Positions 27,721-41,236 of a stretch of 64,000 nt of DNA are shown here, in pieces (the first letter of the stretch is position 1; each line of letters starts with the position of its first letter). The stretch lies in assembly GCA_951406725.2 (NCBI GenBank), contig OX597830.1:50840001-50904000 (forward strand). Direction: 5' to 3'. The notes beneath the pieces are model-generated. The model was not told where the DNA came from and made no database searches. It worked only from the letters and a program-made list of their open reading frames with translations. The translations under genes and the position numbers were made by a program. Source of the stretch: Octopus vulgaris (taxonomy: Eukaryota).

Positions 27721-27788
27721 CATTTATCTGACAGTCACGTTTCCTGGCGATAACCGTAAAGTGTTGTGACATGATGTATAATAGGAAG
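27721..27788 (+). other. Candidate 68-nt exon (5'UTR plus ATG, or non-coding)
   Basis: Branch-like ttctaat, long pyrimidine tract ..ctcctttcag| at 27720, AAG|GTAAGG donor at 27788; stops in all frames before ATG at 27771. Confidence 0.35.
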
Positions 27789-27820
27789 GTAAGGTATGTT
27801 AATGTATATACACATACAAA

Positions 27821-27871
<51 letters not shown>

Positions 27872-27892
27872 ATATATATATATATATATCTT

Positions 27893-27948
<56 letters not shown>

Positions 27949-29367
27949 CATACATACATACATATATACGCATATATATGTATAAATATGTGTGTACGAG
28001 GGCGCATGCGTGTATGCAATACATAAACACACATATATATATATATATATATATATGAGTGCGTGTGTATACATACATGTTTATATATATATATATACAT
28101 ACACACTCATATGTATATATGTATTTATACACACACATAGTGTTATGTAAACACCCACGTATATACATACATACATACAGAATCGACCTCGCCATTAAAT
28201 CGATTAATTCAAGTGATAGGTAACTATCGCCAGTAATAATTGTTTGAGCTGCAATTCAAATCAATCTATGTTTGAAAACGAAAGATGATTGGCTGCACTG
28301 TAACTGAGATAAAACATGATAAAAAATAAAAAAAAACAGAAGTACTGCAGAAAATATAATAACTGAATCAAAATTGAATAACTTAAGAGTTTATGAGTTG
28401 TGGTCATGATAGCAACTTGTTCCTTTATGTCTAAATTTCTGCAATCTCCCTCAATTTCTCACTAACACATTCTCTCTCTACCTAAGTACCTCTTATTCTC
28501 TTCCTCCCCTTCCATCTCTCTCTTTCTCTCTCTCTCTCTGCACACACTTCACCGCACAAACATCTAATTTCAGATATTTTCTCACATATACGATATGCAA
28601 ATTATATGTACATAAATAAATACATATATACATACATACACATACACACATATATACAAATATATATAAGGCGATAAGAGAGTCAATATATGTCATATAT
28701 AGATTATATTTCTATATTTTGTACAATATACAAAGCACATTATATATGTATGTATATATGTATATATATATATATATGTGTATAAATATATACACACATG
28801 TATATATATATGTACATATATAGACATATATATAAATATACATATATATACATATGTGTATATATATATACGTATGCATATATATATGTGCACATATATT
28901 TTGTATGCTTGTGAGAGTCTATATACTTTGTAAGCCTGTTATCACGAACAAAATTTTAAGTGCACTCTATAATTTTTTTTGTTAATATTACAACTTATAA
29001 ATATATATATAATTTTTTTTTTGAAAAAAATGAAAGCGCTTTATTTCATTGAAGTGATCTCCATCAAAATTCTGCATCACCACTAATCAATCTAACAGTG
29101 AATATTTCATTGAATATTCTCCTCACAAAAGAATCATTGATATTCTAGCTTTGTTCTACGTCATCGTTGTCTAATACTAATTCATAGTTTTTGTTTAATT
29201 CTTAACTCAACTCCGATACCGCATAATTTTGATGAAAGCCCTTTCAGACGTGAAAAATGATCTTTTGGTAGATGTAGGATGCTACTGTCTCACGAATCTT
29301 TAAGTTATTTTTTTTAAATAGCATAGGATCTCTCAAAACAACCTAGGTTGCGATATATATAAGTGAT

Positions 29368-29580
29368 TTCAAATTTTGGCACAAGGCTAGGAATTTCGGG
29401 GGTGGGGTAAGAAGATAACATCAACCCCCCCACACACACACACTGCCCGACAGGTACTTATTTTATTGTCCCGAAATGATGAAAAGCAAAGTCGAAATTT
29501 GAACTCAGAACGTAAAGACGGAGGAAACACCGCTAAGCATTTAGCCCGTCGTGCTAGCGATTCTACCAGCTCACCGACTT
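29368..29580 (-). mobile_element. SINE family B, degraded
   Basis: aagcaaagtcgaaatttgaactcagaacgtaaagac..ccgctaagcatt..gtgcta.cgattct.ccagctc. Confidence 0.8.
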
Positions 29581-29886
29581 ACGGAACAGATAATACTAAA
29601 CCTTTCTACTAAAGGCATAACGCCTCTCTCTCTATCCCTCTATATATCTGTTTATCTTCCTATCTATTTTTCTCTCCATCTGTTTATCAATATATAACCA
29701 TACGTATGTATAACACACTAGTTACATTTGGTAACAATTTTAGTTTTTTTTTTTGTTAACACATTGCATACTGCTGTCTATATTAGCTTTATATATATAT
29801 ATATATATTAGCAACACGCTAAATCATTAATAGTTTTTCTTATGGTGAAGAAATATACACTGACAGAGAATTAAGTCTGGAGTCTG

Positions 29887-29967
29887 CCGAAGTTGAGCAA
29901 TTCCTTACTGAAGAGGCAGCGGAAATTGCCGAAAACTGACTGGTCACTATAGGAAATTCTCAATCGG
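29887..29967 (+). ncRNA. Hammerhead ribozyme-like motif with long distal stem I
   Basis: CUGAAGA(29908)-GGCAG CGGAAA UUGCC-GAAA-ACUGACUG-GUC(29943-45); ccgaagttgagcaattcct pairs with aggaaattctcaatcgg. Confidence 0.55.
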
Positions 29968-30191
29968 TGTTTTCGGGCGCTTATAGTCCCTGTCAATATA
30001 TATATGCATACAATTAAGTGCTTTGACTACAAAATCAGAGCATTTTAGCTCTTATTTCTTGCAACAGAAAAGGACACACACACAGACAATAATAGTTTTT
30101 CTTTTTGGTAAAACATTGCATACAGCTGTTTATATTAATTTCTCTCTCTCTCTCTCTCTCTCTCTCTTCTTTCTCTCCCCCTCTCTCTCTG

Positions 30192-30223
<32 letters not shown>

Positions 30224-30225
30224 AA

Positions 30226-30436
30226 TTAATTTTTTCTCTCCTATTTTCTCTCCATTTTTTCTCCCTTTTTTTCTCTCCTTGTTTCTCTCCTTGTTTTTTT
30301 TCTGTGTCTCTTTCTGTAGAAGAGCGTAGGCTTGAAACGTAAAAGACTTTTTCTATTCCTGAGCGTTATACTAATACATCTGTTTGTTTTGTACACCACC
30401 TGTCTTCGTCTTTTGTTTTGTTTCGTAAACTCTCCC
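30226..30436 (+). mobile_element. Short TA-flanked element with degenerate hammerhead-like motif
   Basis: CUGUAGA(30314)-A-GAGC GUAG GCUU-GAAACGU...GCGUU; similar on opposite strand to 26188-26337 and 289-420. Confidence 0.5.
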
Positions 30437-31562
30437 TATATATATATATATATATATACTTAAATATACACGCAAAGTTACGTATTAACAGATAGATAGA
30501 TAGAAGTTGAAGCCACGGTCATACAGCTTAAGATATGTTTGTATAATCTGAGACATTGCACGCATACTTAAAACATATATGTCATATACAATGTCATATA
30601 TAGATAGATAGATAGATATAGATATATACACACATATATATATACATACACACACATATATATATATACACATATGCGACGTTAGACATTGACCTCGCTA
30701 GCTCTATTACTTTGTTCATTTAATACTTATATGTGTCTGTCTACTCAGATTTATCCTCATCAGTCTAAATAAAATCCCAGACCTAGAGATCACAGACAAT
30801 ATTGCTGTTTAGAATCAGTATCATGCTATTAGCTCATTCGTTTTCCGTTTTTTTTGTTTTTGTTTTGTGTTTTGTTTTGGAGAATTCAATAGAGCTCTCC
30901 GTAAATCCTTTATTATGTACACAAAATCCAAGAGCTATATTTCACACGTAACATTATTTGAACGCTGCTTCTATAGTTTTCGTGACTGGCCTTTAGATGA
31001 AGCTTCTGATTCACATTAGCAACATGAAAATAAAATATATAATTGTCGTTTTTCGTAATCACTTGAAGAGATTACAAAGAGACACTTTATAGTAATAAAA
31101 CAGAAATATATTATACAATATCATTATGTGTGGCTCTTCAATATTTGCCATAATAGCAATAATAAATTTATTGTAGCGCTGTCCCAAACGGTGGAATGAA
31201 ATTGAAGATTGCATAGAGATTACAGAGAGTGAATTATTGGAAAATTCATCATAGTTTAGCATAAAAAGCAATTAAGATTTCCATGACCTGAAGTATCTGT
31301 TGTTATGACACTTCTAAAAGTGCTTTTCACTTAGGTAAAGTTTATACAATTAAATAATTAAATTATATAATTTCAGACAATCGTATATAATTTGAGACTT
31401 CTATGTATAATACATCTGTTATGGATATAATCTAATGATAGTTATAAAATTTAGGAAATAGCTATAAAGTTGAAATCACAGTCATACAGTTTAAGATATG
31501 CTTGTATAATCTGAGACATAGCATACATACTTTAAAACATATATGCCATATACAATATCACC

Positions 31563-31770
31563 TCTCTATATATAAACGGCAAAATGACTGTCTGTGTGTG
31601 TGTCCTTTATACAAATCTACAATTTTTCAGTTAGAGGGCTTGCACTTTCTATGGTTATTTAATGTGATTGATCGGAGATTTGGACAGTACTTGTGTGTAT
31701 GTGCGCACGCATGCAGCTGTATATGCATGCACAAGCACTATGACCCGGCGTTGCCGGGTCGTAGTGCTAT
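31563..31770 (+). mobile_element. Non-autonomous Helitron-like element
   Basis: 5' TCTCTATATATAAACGGCA shared with 62609 element; 3' GC-rich hairpin agcactatgacccggc-gtt-gccgggtcgtagtgct ending CTAT. Confidence 0.7.
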
Positions 31771-31811
31771 TATATACTAAAGATATTTACGTATTTCTCT
31801 GATCTGATATT

Positions 31812-32046
31812 TATTTTTTTGCTTCAGTCTTTAGATTGCGGCCATGGTCGTGTACGGCTTTGAATTTTTAGTCGAATTAATCGGTCCCAGTATTTATTTT
31901 TTGTTAAGTGTGGTACTTATACTACCGGTCTCTTTTCCCGAACCACTGCCTTACGGAGATGTAATCACACCATCACCTGTTGTGAGGCGGTGGTGGAGGA
32001 CAAGCTGACACATAAAAGCACATGCACACACACGCATACGCACGCG

Positions 32047-32077
<31 letters not shown>

Positions 32078-32236
32078 ACGACGGACTTCTTTTAGAATCC
32101 ATCTATGAAATCAGCTAACAGTGCTTTGGTCGGCCAGAGGCTATAGCAGTAGACAGTTGCCCAAGGTTCTACATAGTGGGACTGAACCTGGAACTATGTG
32201 GTTGGGAAGCTCGCCCGCACAACCACACCTTCGCTT
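31812..32236 (-). mobile_element. SINE family A, old degraded full-length copy
   Basis: Colinear with 13516-13935. Confidence 0.8.
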
Positions 32237-34659
32237 ATTAAGTTATTATAATTATATTTGTTAGACAGAGTTACTTGCTTTAAGACTAAACTACATAATT
32301 TAAGACTGGATTATATAACTTAAAATTATAAGATTGAAGACATATTCATATAATTTACGAAACGGTTCTAAAATATATGGTATGTTTATATAAGCGATAA
32401 TATGGCTCTGTATTTTAAGAAATGTTTATGTATTCTATGACTTAATTATGTGAATCAATTCTATGAAACGTAAGACATTTATGAAATGTAAGTGTGCAAA
32501 TTAAAACAAAAAAATGTATTTTAATAAGAGACAAATTTTGAGAGAATATGGCTGCATATGTTGTTTCGCATCAAATATTCTCGGTAAAGAAGACAACGAT
32601 AAATACAATGCAAATGCGTTTATACTTATGCCCTGCTGTAACTGTGTCCTTTGTACTGCTGGTACCATGTTTTATCCTGCAGTATCTCACTCCATCCTCG
32701 ATAAGCTGGTGTTTTATAATATTCTCATATGCTTCTTTTAATATAACGTTATCTGGTTGATGCCTCTACGAAAATTCAAAGGTTTCTTTGAAGCAGCGCT
32801 CAGATTTCCCCTAAGTGGTAAATTACTACTTTACAACAGATAAAGTAGTTTAGCAATATGCTCTTTAGATTCTCTGTATTTAGTAAAATCAGGTTGGGCT
32901 TGAGCTGATCATAGGTCTACTTGACTTAGCGCTAGTCAATAACTACAACAAAGACTTCAGCAGAAAAAAAAACAAAACATCACCAACAGCGGTAATTATT
33001 CGTATTTCAGGTAGTTTATGAATGATCTTCAGTATAGAGCCAGCAAAGGTATGCGTTCTTTTATCTATTGAAAGAAAGTGTAGATGTAGTATTCTATGTC
33101 CTTGATCGTCGTTCGTTCGTACAAGAGTCCCAATTATTCCTGTATGAGATATTTTGTTATTGTGTCTATTTCAACGCCCTTTGTTTCTTGTTGAACATTT
33201 AGAAACACTGTCCTGAATGTTGTATTTCTCGGCCAAGCAAAGAAGACATTTTTCTTAAAGTACATCACAGCTTCAGCCGGATGCAGCTTATATGGTTGTT
33301 GACAGTGTCCTCTCAACCCCCAGATGTACTAGGATAGTGAAATCGAATTCTTCTAGTTTATAAAAACGATGTTCATTGTTGATTACGCCCACGTCATTGC
33401 TATTCAGTTGACCAATAATGAAGGCCATTTCAGCGGTAACTTTCATATTATGTTCGGAAAATACTAAAGTCTAATTTGTTGGCCCGATATACGTACATTT
33501 GATGCGGTTTTGGGGATAGCATGAGTTGTTAGTAAGCTAGTGACATTCTGTGATTCTGTCTATTAAAAGGCCAAAACAATATTTTGTGATCTAATCTATT
33601 GCACCCGGCTGTTTAAGTCAGATATTTTACTTTTACATCTAATTAATAAAGTGGTGTTGTTGTTCAATGAATGTTTATGACATTTTTATTGAACTTCTCA
33701 TGGTACATATACACACAGAAATATATTGTCTGCGTGCGGGCGTGTGTGTTTGTGTGTGCGTGTGTGTGCGTGTGTGTGTGTGTATGTGTGTGTGTTTGCG
33801 TGCGAGCGTGTGTGTGTGTAATCGGTCTTCCTCTCTCTATTCTTTCAGTTCAAATCCTGCCGAAGTCAACGTTACTTTTTCAAGCTCTAGAGATCGATAA
33901 GTGAAGTACCAGTTACGTACTGATGTCATGTCATTCACCAACTGTTTCTTTCTGTCGGTCTGTCTTTATCTTCTGGAAGAAATTAAAAGAGATCAGACCA
34001 GGAGAAGGATGTGCACTACCAGGTCTTCAAAATACTCAGGTTTCGCTGTATATCTTGATGGCGTCTCTACAACTCCTTCGGTGATTTCAGACTTCAAGGC
34101 AGTAAGGGATAGCGTAAAACAGATAATAATTACATAAAATCAACGATAAGTTTGATTTATTCGATTTGTATATGTGAAATCTTTACAATTTGCACAAACC
34201 ATAACTTTTACCAATATTAATATTATAGCATTTCTTAAGAAGTGGGGAAAAAAGCTATTTATGTATTCACAAGTATTTTTAATGGAGCGGAAAGTTCAGA
34301 TTTGGTGAAATTATATATTCTTGCACAAGAAAATTCAACTATCTCTACTAGATGAAGAATTACAGGGAGAGAAAATTTACTGGGTTTCAATGCATAAATT
34401 ACATGGGCAAACTGAGAGGGAAAAAGAAAGAAAGAAATAAAAGGTAATTTTTTAATAATTTCAGTAAAAAAATACAAAGAATACAAAGCAGAGAAAGCAC
34501 ATTTCTTTAATTCCACATTAAATCTCAGCACAGAAAGTTTATCCAATGGGAAAGCAAAATATGAATAGGGGCTGCGATCAACGGAATCCTAAATTGCATC
34601 AAAGAAAATTTTAGCAATCGTATATCTAACCTTTAATAACGCAGAGGAAAATATATGTA

Positions 34660-34781
34660 AATCACATCATCATCATTATGACCACCATCATCGTCATCGT
34701 CGTCGTCATCTTAGTCATCTTCGTTATCATGATCATCATGATCATCATCTTCATCATGATCATCATGATCATCATCATCAA

Positions 34782-34812
<31 letters not shown>
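34660..34812. repeat. (CAT)n repeat
   Basis: Visible. Confidence 0.9.
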
Positions 34813-34813
<1 letters not shown>

Positions 34814-35075
34814 AGCCCTGCAAATGACTGTCTCATGTCCTAGGGCTCATGGGGCCTATTGCCCGGTTTTCATAGGGGTACAAGTGACCGAGCCGAGTGC
34901 CACAGGTTCTCCTCTGAATGGCGCAGGTTCACTCATTCACAGCTGAACAGACGTGATCAGTGTGAAATAAAGTGTCTTCTTACTCAGGAATAATACACAT
35001 CCTCCTGTCTGGGAATCGAAACCATGGTCTTGCCATCGTTAGTGTAACATTCTGATCATTAGGACATGCACTTTC
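34814..35075 (-). mobile_element. Degraded SINE with D-type central domain and a third tail type
   Basis: Minus strand ggtttcgattcccagac..gacactttatttcac..tcagctg.gaatgagt. Confidence 0.65.
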
Positions 35076-35580
35076 GATTATTTAAGTTACCGCAAGTTTT
35101 AACTGGACACACACTAGAGATGCTTAAACGACCGTCCAAACTATATAAAGCAACCCATTTCAAACAATCCAATACAAAAAAAAAAGAGAATAATTTTCCT
35201 TTAATCTTTCTCATTATTTAAATGTTACCAGAACTCTAATAGAAATGCTTCTAAGATGTCAATGTAGAAATAGATTCAATGAAAACTCGAAACTACTTCT
35301 TTGAAAACGCCAACTCAATTTACGAAGTTTTGCTCTCTACTTGAGATGTTAACTTTTAAATCTGTCTATTTCGAACAAAATCGAACTAATTTAAAATATT
35401 TTAAGAGACCACAATCTCGGTTCCATACCCAGCCTCTTTCAATATTGACCATTTCGTTGATTGTATCTTTCCATTATTTCCCGATGCCAATAACAAATGC
35501 AAAAATAAATTTATTTTCAATTTAGCTTTGCACTCAGTATCTCATCTAAATTTAAAAATAAATAAATCACCTTAAAGGCA

Positions 35581-35827
<247 letters not shown>

Positions 35828-38800
35828 CAGTAGTTTTATTTTTATATCGTGCTTTCACTTCACTACTGAGCGCAGCTCTGTGTGCCTTAGGTATGTGCTG
35901 TGATTTGTTGTGATGCTCTGATGGTTATTGTATGGGAAGTGTTCTGCGTAGGATGTGTGCAGTGCCTAGTAGTGCAATTTTCTGTATGTTATATGTGTTT
36001 GTAAGTCCTGGTGTTTTTGTTATGTATTTGTCTGAATATTTTTTTATCATGCCTAAAGCACCTACTATGATTGGAATTGTTTCTGTTTTTAGATTCCACA
36101 TTCTGGTTACCTCTATTTCCAGGTCTTTGTATTTTGAAAGTTTCTCCATTTCTTTTAGAGATACGTTGTCATCTGCTGGTATTGATACATCAATTAGAAA
36201 GCATTTTTTTTTCTTCATGATCTCTGACAACTATATCTGGTCTGTTGGCCTTAATTTCTCTATCTGTGTGTATCGGCATATCCCAGAGTACGGTTGCTTT
36301 CTCGTTTTCTGTGACCTTTTCTGGTGTGTGCCTATACCATCTTTTTTCTGTTGTTATTCCATAATGTTGGCATAGCTTCCAGTGTATGTAGGTTCCAACT
36401 CTGTCATGTCTGTGAATACATTCTTTCTTAGCCAGGACTGGGCAGCCAGAGATAATATGATTTATTGTTTCTTGTCCATCTCCACATATTCTGCAGTTAC
36501 TTGTTATATTTCTTTTCATTACATGTTTTTGATAATTTCTGGTGGGGAGGCTTTGGTCTTGTGCTGCAATTAAAAATCCCTCTGTTTCTGCTTTGAGTCC
36601 TGAGCTACTCAACCATTGCTGGGATTTTACTTTGTCTATTTCTTTTGCGTTTAGTTTAGTCCAGTATTTACCATGAAGGGGCTTTTCTTGCCATTGTTTT
36701 ATCATGGTTCGTTGCTGTTCTATTTTTAGTTTGGATTTCATTTGTTTTATAGCTTTTGTTGTTTCTTCATCTTCTTCTTCTTCATATTTATTAAGTGGTA
36801 TGATTTCTGGTTTGTATTTGTCAACTTCCTTAAATACTGAGAAGAGTTTTTTGTTTTGCTCGTGTTTTGCCGCTATTTGTATCAGTTTTCCTTCCTTCTG
36901 TTTGCCAATTATTCATAGAGTGCCTTATGAATTTTATAATTGTTGGTGCTACTTTGTTAATGGCTAGTGTTTCGGGGATCCATGTGTGGGGGATGCTATC
37001 AAACGCCTTTTTGTAGTCGATCCAGGCCATACTGAGGCCTTTCTTCTTTCTGTGGCTGTCCTCAGTTATGGCTTTATTAATCATTAGTTGATCTTTACAG
37101 CCATATGAGCCTTTGCGGCATCCTTTCTGCTCTTCTGGAAACAGGTTGTTTTCGTCCAGGTGCTTGTTCAACCTTTGTGATATCACTGCCGTAAATGCCT
37201 TGTACATTGTAGGGAGACAGGTTATTGGTCTGTAGTTTTCTGGTTTTGCTGTCTCATTTGATTTGGGAATTAAGATGGTTTTCCCCTTCGTGAGCCATTC
37301 AGGCATTGTCTCTGGCTCAGCTAGTATGTTGTTAAAGTTTTCAGCCAGTTTTTGTGCATTCCTGTTAGATATTTCAACCAGAAGTTGGGGATTTTGTCAT
37401 GCCCAGGTGCCTTCCAGTTGCTTAGTCTTTGCAGTGCCTGGGTGACCTCTTCAGTTGTTATGGGGGTCCAAAGTTGTTCAGATGCTGAGTTTGTTGTTTT
37501 AATAGTCCTTTTTTTTTGGTTGTTCGTTCGCCGACCATATTTCTCTCCAGAATTCTTCCACTTATTCTGCCGTTGGTGCTGCAGTGATTTCTATTTTATT
37601 TTTGCCAAGTTCTTGGTAGAACTTTTGGGGTTGGAGTTGAACTTTTTGTTTTGCTCAAAGAAGCGCTGGCGTTTCTCGTACCGGCGGATCCTTTGTGCTT
37701 TGGCAAGTATATCTTGCTTCAGCTTTTCTTTTATCGCAGGTAAATATTTTTCTGTGATGTTATATTTGCGGAGTATTTTTGTTTTCTTTTTGTTGCTCAG
37801 TAGCGTTGATTGGCTACTGATTTCATTAAGAACCGACAGATCTTTTCTCATTTTTTGTATTTTGTTTTGGATGTTATTTATCCACAGGGTTTGTTTGGGT
37901 GGTGGTACTCCTGTTTGGATGGGTTTGAGTGAGTATCTAGCTTCTTTTGTGGCTGCAGTGGCTGCTGCGTATATTAAGTCATTTAGCTCAGTGATATCGC
38001 TTTTTGTTTCAGTTGCTATTAGTTCCGTGACGGCTAGGTTTATGCTGTTTATAATTGGTATTGTTGTTTCGTCTATTTTGATTTTTGGAAGGTATGGTCG
38101 GTGGTCCATTTTGAGCTCTGTGGTTTTCAGTTCTTTGATTATTCTACTTTTTATATTATCATAATCATTAGGCTCCCCTTCGTTGTTTCCAGGTTTTAGA
38201 TTTGTGTCGCTTTCTTTCTTATTTATATGTTTGTGTGTCGTGTTTTGGCTTGCTGTTTATCGTGTATTATTATGCATCCTTACGGTCTGGGTTTGTTGTT
38301 TTTTGTTTACATCGTGTTTGTTGGGAATGTTACGTTTGTCTTCGTATTTTACTGTTTCAGTGTTTATATTATTGGGCATTGTTGTGTGGCTTCTATCTAC
38401 ATTTTCCTGGTGTATTTTTTCTTTTAGATGTTCTATTTCTATTTCTGATATTTTTTTGCGTTGAGAATGTATCTTCGTACGTTAGCTAGTTTATTAGGGT
38501 TCATTGCTGTATCCAAGTCTATATTTATGTTATTTTCCTTCCATATTTTATATGTATGTGTTGTTGTGTTTTCATTTTTTGGGTAGAGCACTGCTGTGAA
38601 GTATGCGTGTAGGATAGAAATGTATTCCTCTCGTGTCCATTTATGTCTTTTGGGTTTTATTTGCGGGACATGAGGGACAACGTGCGGCCCATTATTTTGA
38701 CGGTCGTCATTTTAGTAAGGTACCGGTCCGTTCATTTCTGTTGTCACATTGTTTTGCACGTGTAGATTTTCGTACATTTTCTGTTGTAAGTTTAAAGTAC

Positions 38801-39152
38801 GTACTTCCCGATTGTTATTCTTGGGTTGAATAATATCGGTGGTATTTAATTTCTTCGTAGTTTTTTTGTACATGGTGTTTGGGGTCGGGGATGATCTGGT
38901 GTTGATGGATCGTAATGTACCACTCATGTTTACATGTGTTGTGTTAACGGTGGAGATGATATCGTGTTAAAATACATCATTTCGTTTCGAAAATAGTAAT
39001 AAATTTCAATGAGTATTACTTACTCGGATATAGTCCAATCCTTTGTTAGTAAATTTTTGGCTCCATACGATGTCTTTGTTTTCGATGTTTGTGGATAGAC
39101 TTCGGAGCTCTGTTTTATCGTTCTTACATCTAAAACGTCACCCGGTGTTCTC
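35828..39152 (-). mobile_element. R4/Dong-clade non-LTR retrotransposon (Myb-RT-CCHC-RLE), both ends present, inserted in (TAA)n, internally deleted
   Basis: Myb-like RHKWTREEY (~38650-38623); NWKAPGHDKIP; NYRPITCL, EEQKG, WIDYKKAFDSIPH; CRICGDGQETINHIISGC, RHD, RPDIVV..IDVSIP..KLSKY; AATAAA near 35835; (TAA)n on both flanks. Confidence 0.93.
35925..38927 (-). pseudogene. Disrupted single ORF of the R4/Dong element (RT plus restriction-like endonuclease)
   Basis: ORF pieces 38712-38927, 37591-38109, 36830-37306, 36190-36741, 35925-36230 joined by stops/frameshifts; QGD and YxDD motifs absent, deletion junction ~36900. Confidence 0.9.

Positions 39153-39228
<76 letters not shown>
39153..39228. 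repeat. (TTA)n flanking the 5' end of the R4/Dong element
   Basis: Visible. Confidence 0.95.
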
Positions 39229-39229
<1 letters not shown>

Positions 39230-39407
39230 TCATTGTTGTTATTGTTCGCGTTGTTATTAAAATAAAATTAGTCATTACTGATTTCGCTATCGGAAGCTGT
39301 TGCGAAATCATTGTTATGATGATGGTCATGACGATGACGATGTTGGAAAAGAGGATAAGAAAGAGAATGAAGAAAACGATGGTGATGATGATGATGATGA
39401 TGGTTAC

Positions 39408-39439
<32 letters not shown>

Positions 39440-39550
39440 GTAGATTATTCTTATTACAAATATCTTTGCTTCTCTTTGTATATGTACAAACACATTTAGA
39501 TGAATTTGTGCGTGTGTGTATGTGTATGTGGGTATATATATATATGTATG

Positions 39551-39619
<69 letters not shown>

Positions 39620-40404
39620 GTATGTGTGTGTATATATATATTTACACACGAACACACAGACACACACACATGCATATATATGTAAGTGCACATGCTTACA
39701 CTTATACTCACCACCTCTTATATTGCTTCTAACATATTTCCTGAAATAGCTTTCTCCTGCTTGCTCTATAGTTTATATTGATGAAACATTGTCATTGTTA
39801 TGCTTGTTACTACTGCTGCTGATGCTGTTGTTGTTTTGGTATGCACAGAAGTATTGTCAAACCACTTCGAGTGTTTTGAATGTTTGCCAAATTTATGAAT
39901 GTAAACTTTCATTTACGGATTATTTTCAAACATGGAACTTCCAAGTGTATAGCTGATTACCCCTTTATCTAGACTAGTCGAAAATATCTATTTGTAAAGG
40001 AAGGTTATATATTTATTTCATGTCATTGCGTTTATTTTAACATATCTTTACTCCTAGAAGGTTGGACAACGATACTCACCATAAAATAACAATAATTATA
40101 GTGAAAAAGTGTAAAAGGAAAAGAAACAGAAAAAACAAAGGAATAGAGTGACCCGTATATATTTTCAAATATTTAAAAGAGTGATCTTTAACAAAACAAA
40201 TCCAGTTTTTACACAACGGAACGAAAAATGACATAAATCACAAAGTTACCAACTTTTTGGTTAGTTTAGTTATCCAAAGAAATGATTTAGATAATGTCAG
40301 TCACAGCATGGAGGGAATTTCGCAAAAGATTGTGATTTATTGTATGCTGAATGCACCTCTAAGTCCTTTACAAAATTTTCACTACCCATATAAAAATTAT
40401 ATTG

Positions 40405-40615
40405 GTTTCAAAATTTGATCTTGGCCAACATCTTCGATGAAAGGATTAAGTCGATTACATCAACCCCGTTAATGAACTGGCATTTACTTTATGAACTCTA
40501 GAAAAGAAGAAATCTAAGTCAACCTCGGTGGAATATGATCTCAGAACGTAATGACAGACGAAGTGCTACAAAGCATTTTGTCCGGCGTGCTGAGTATTCC
40601 GCCAGCTCACCACCT
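40405..40615 (-). mobile_element. SINE family B, degraded
   Basis: ggattaagtcgattacatc..aagtcaacctcgg.ggaa..ctcagaacgtaa..gccagctc. Confidence 0.75.
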
Positions 40616-40982
40616 TTATATAACGCCATATTAAAACTGGGAAGGTGATGTACGATGTGTGGTGCGAATAATTAAAATCTAGATGTTACCTTTTCACACA
40701 CGTGAGGGTATATAACTATTATTTTCATTATGGCTTCTGCAGTTTGAATGCATTGCATGTAAATTATGTCAGTCGTTAGTGTTCTAGCTGATAGCTTTCA
40801 GGTGATAAGCATTTATTTGGTCTCTTTTCTTGGCAGAAAAATCGTTCTATATATGCATTCTATGCATTGTCAACACTTTTCGTATTTTTCTGTCAAGATT
40901 ACGTATTTAAATTATTGACCAGTTAATGATATTGAAACTGTAAGTCACGACTGGTATGGCTAAACTATTGATCGCTTCGATC

Positions 40983-41050
<68 letters not shown>

Positions 41051-41051
<1 letters not shown>

Positions 41052-41236
41052 AGGTGTTGAGCTGGCTGAATAGTCAGCATGCTTCTTTAACGTTCTAAGA
41101 AAAAAATCCACCGAGGTCGACTTTGCCTTTTGTATTTTGTGGGTGGATGAGATAAGCACCAGTTGGTCACTGTTTCGATTTAAATAAGTATGTCCAGCCC
41201 CAAAATTTCGTTGATTGTACCATAGTGGAAAGAATT
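41051..41236 (+). mobile_element. SINE family B, degraded, following (TTA)n 40984-41045
   Basis: gagctggc..ccgaggtcgactttgccttt. Confidence 0.6.

Noticed and set aside
32520-33320. Unique sequence with short open frames on minus strand
   Set aside because: No recognisable domain and ambiguous splice sites
37352-38164. 270-aa plus-strand ORF
   Set aside because: Antisense shadow of the A-rich retrotransposon ORF
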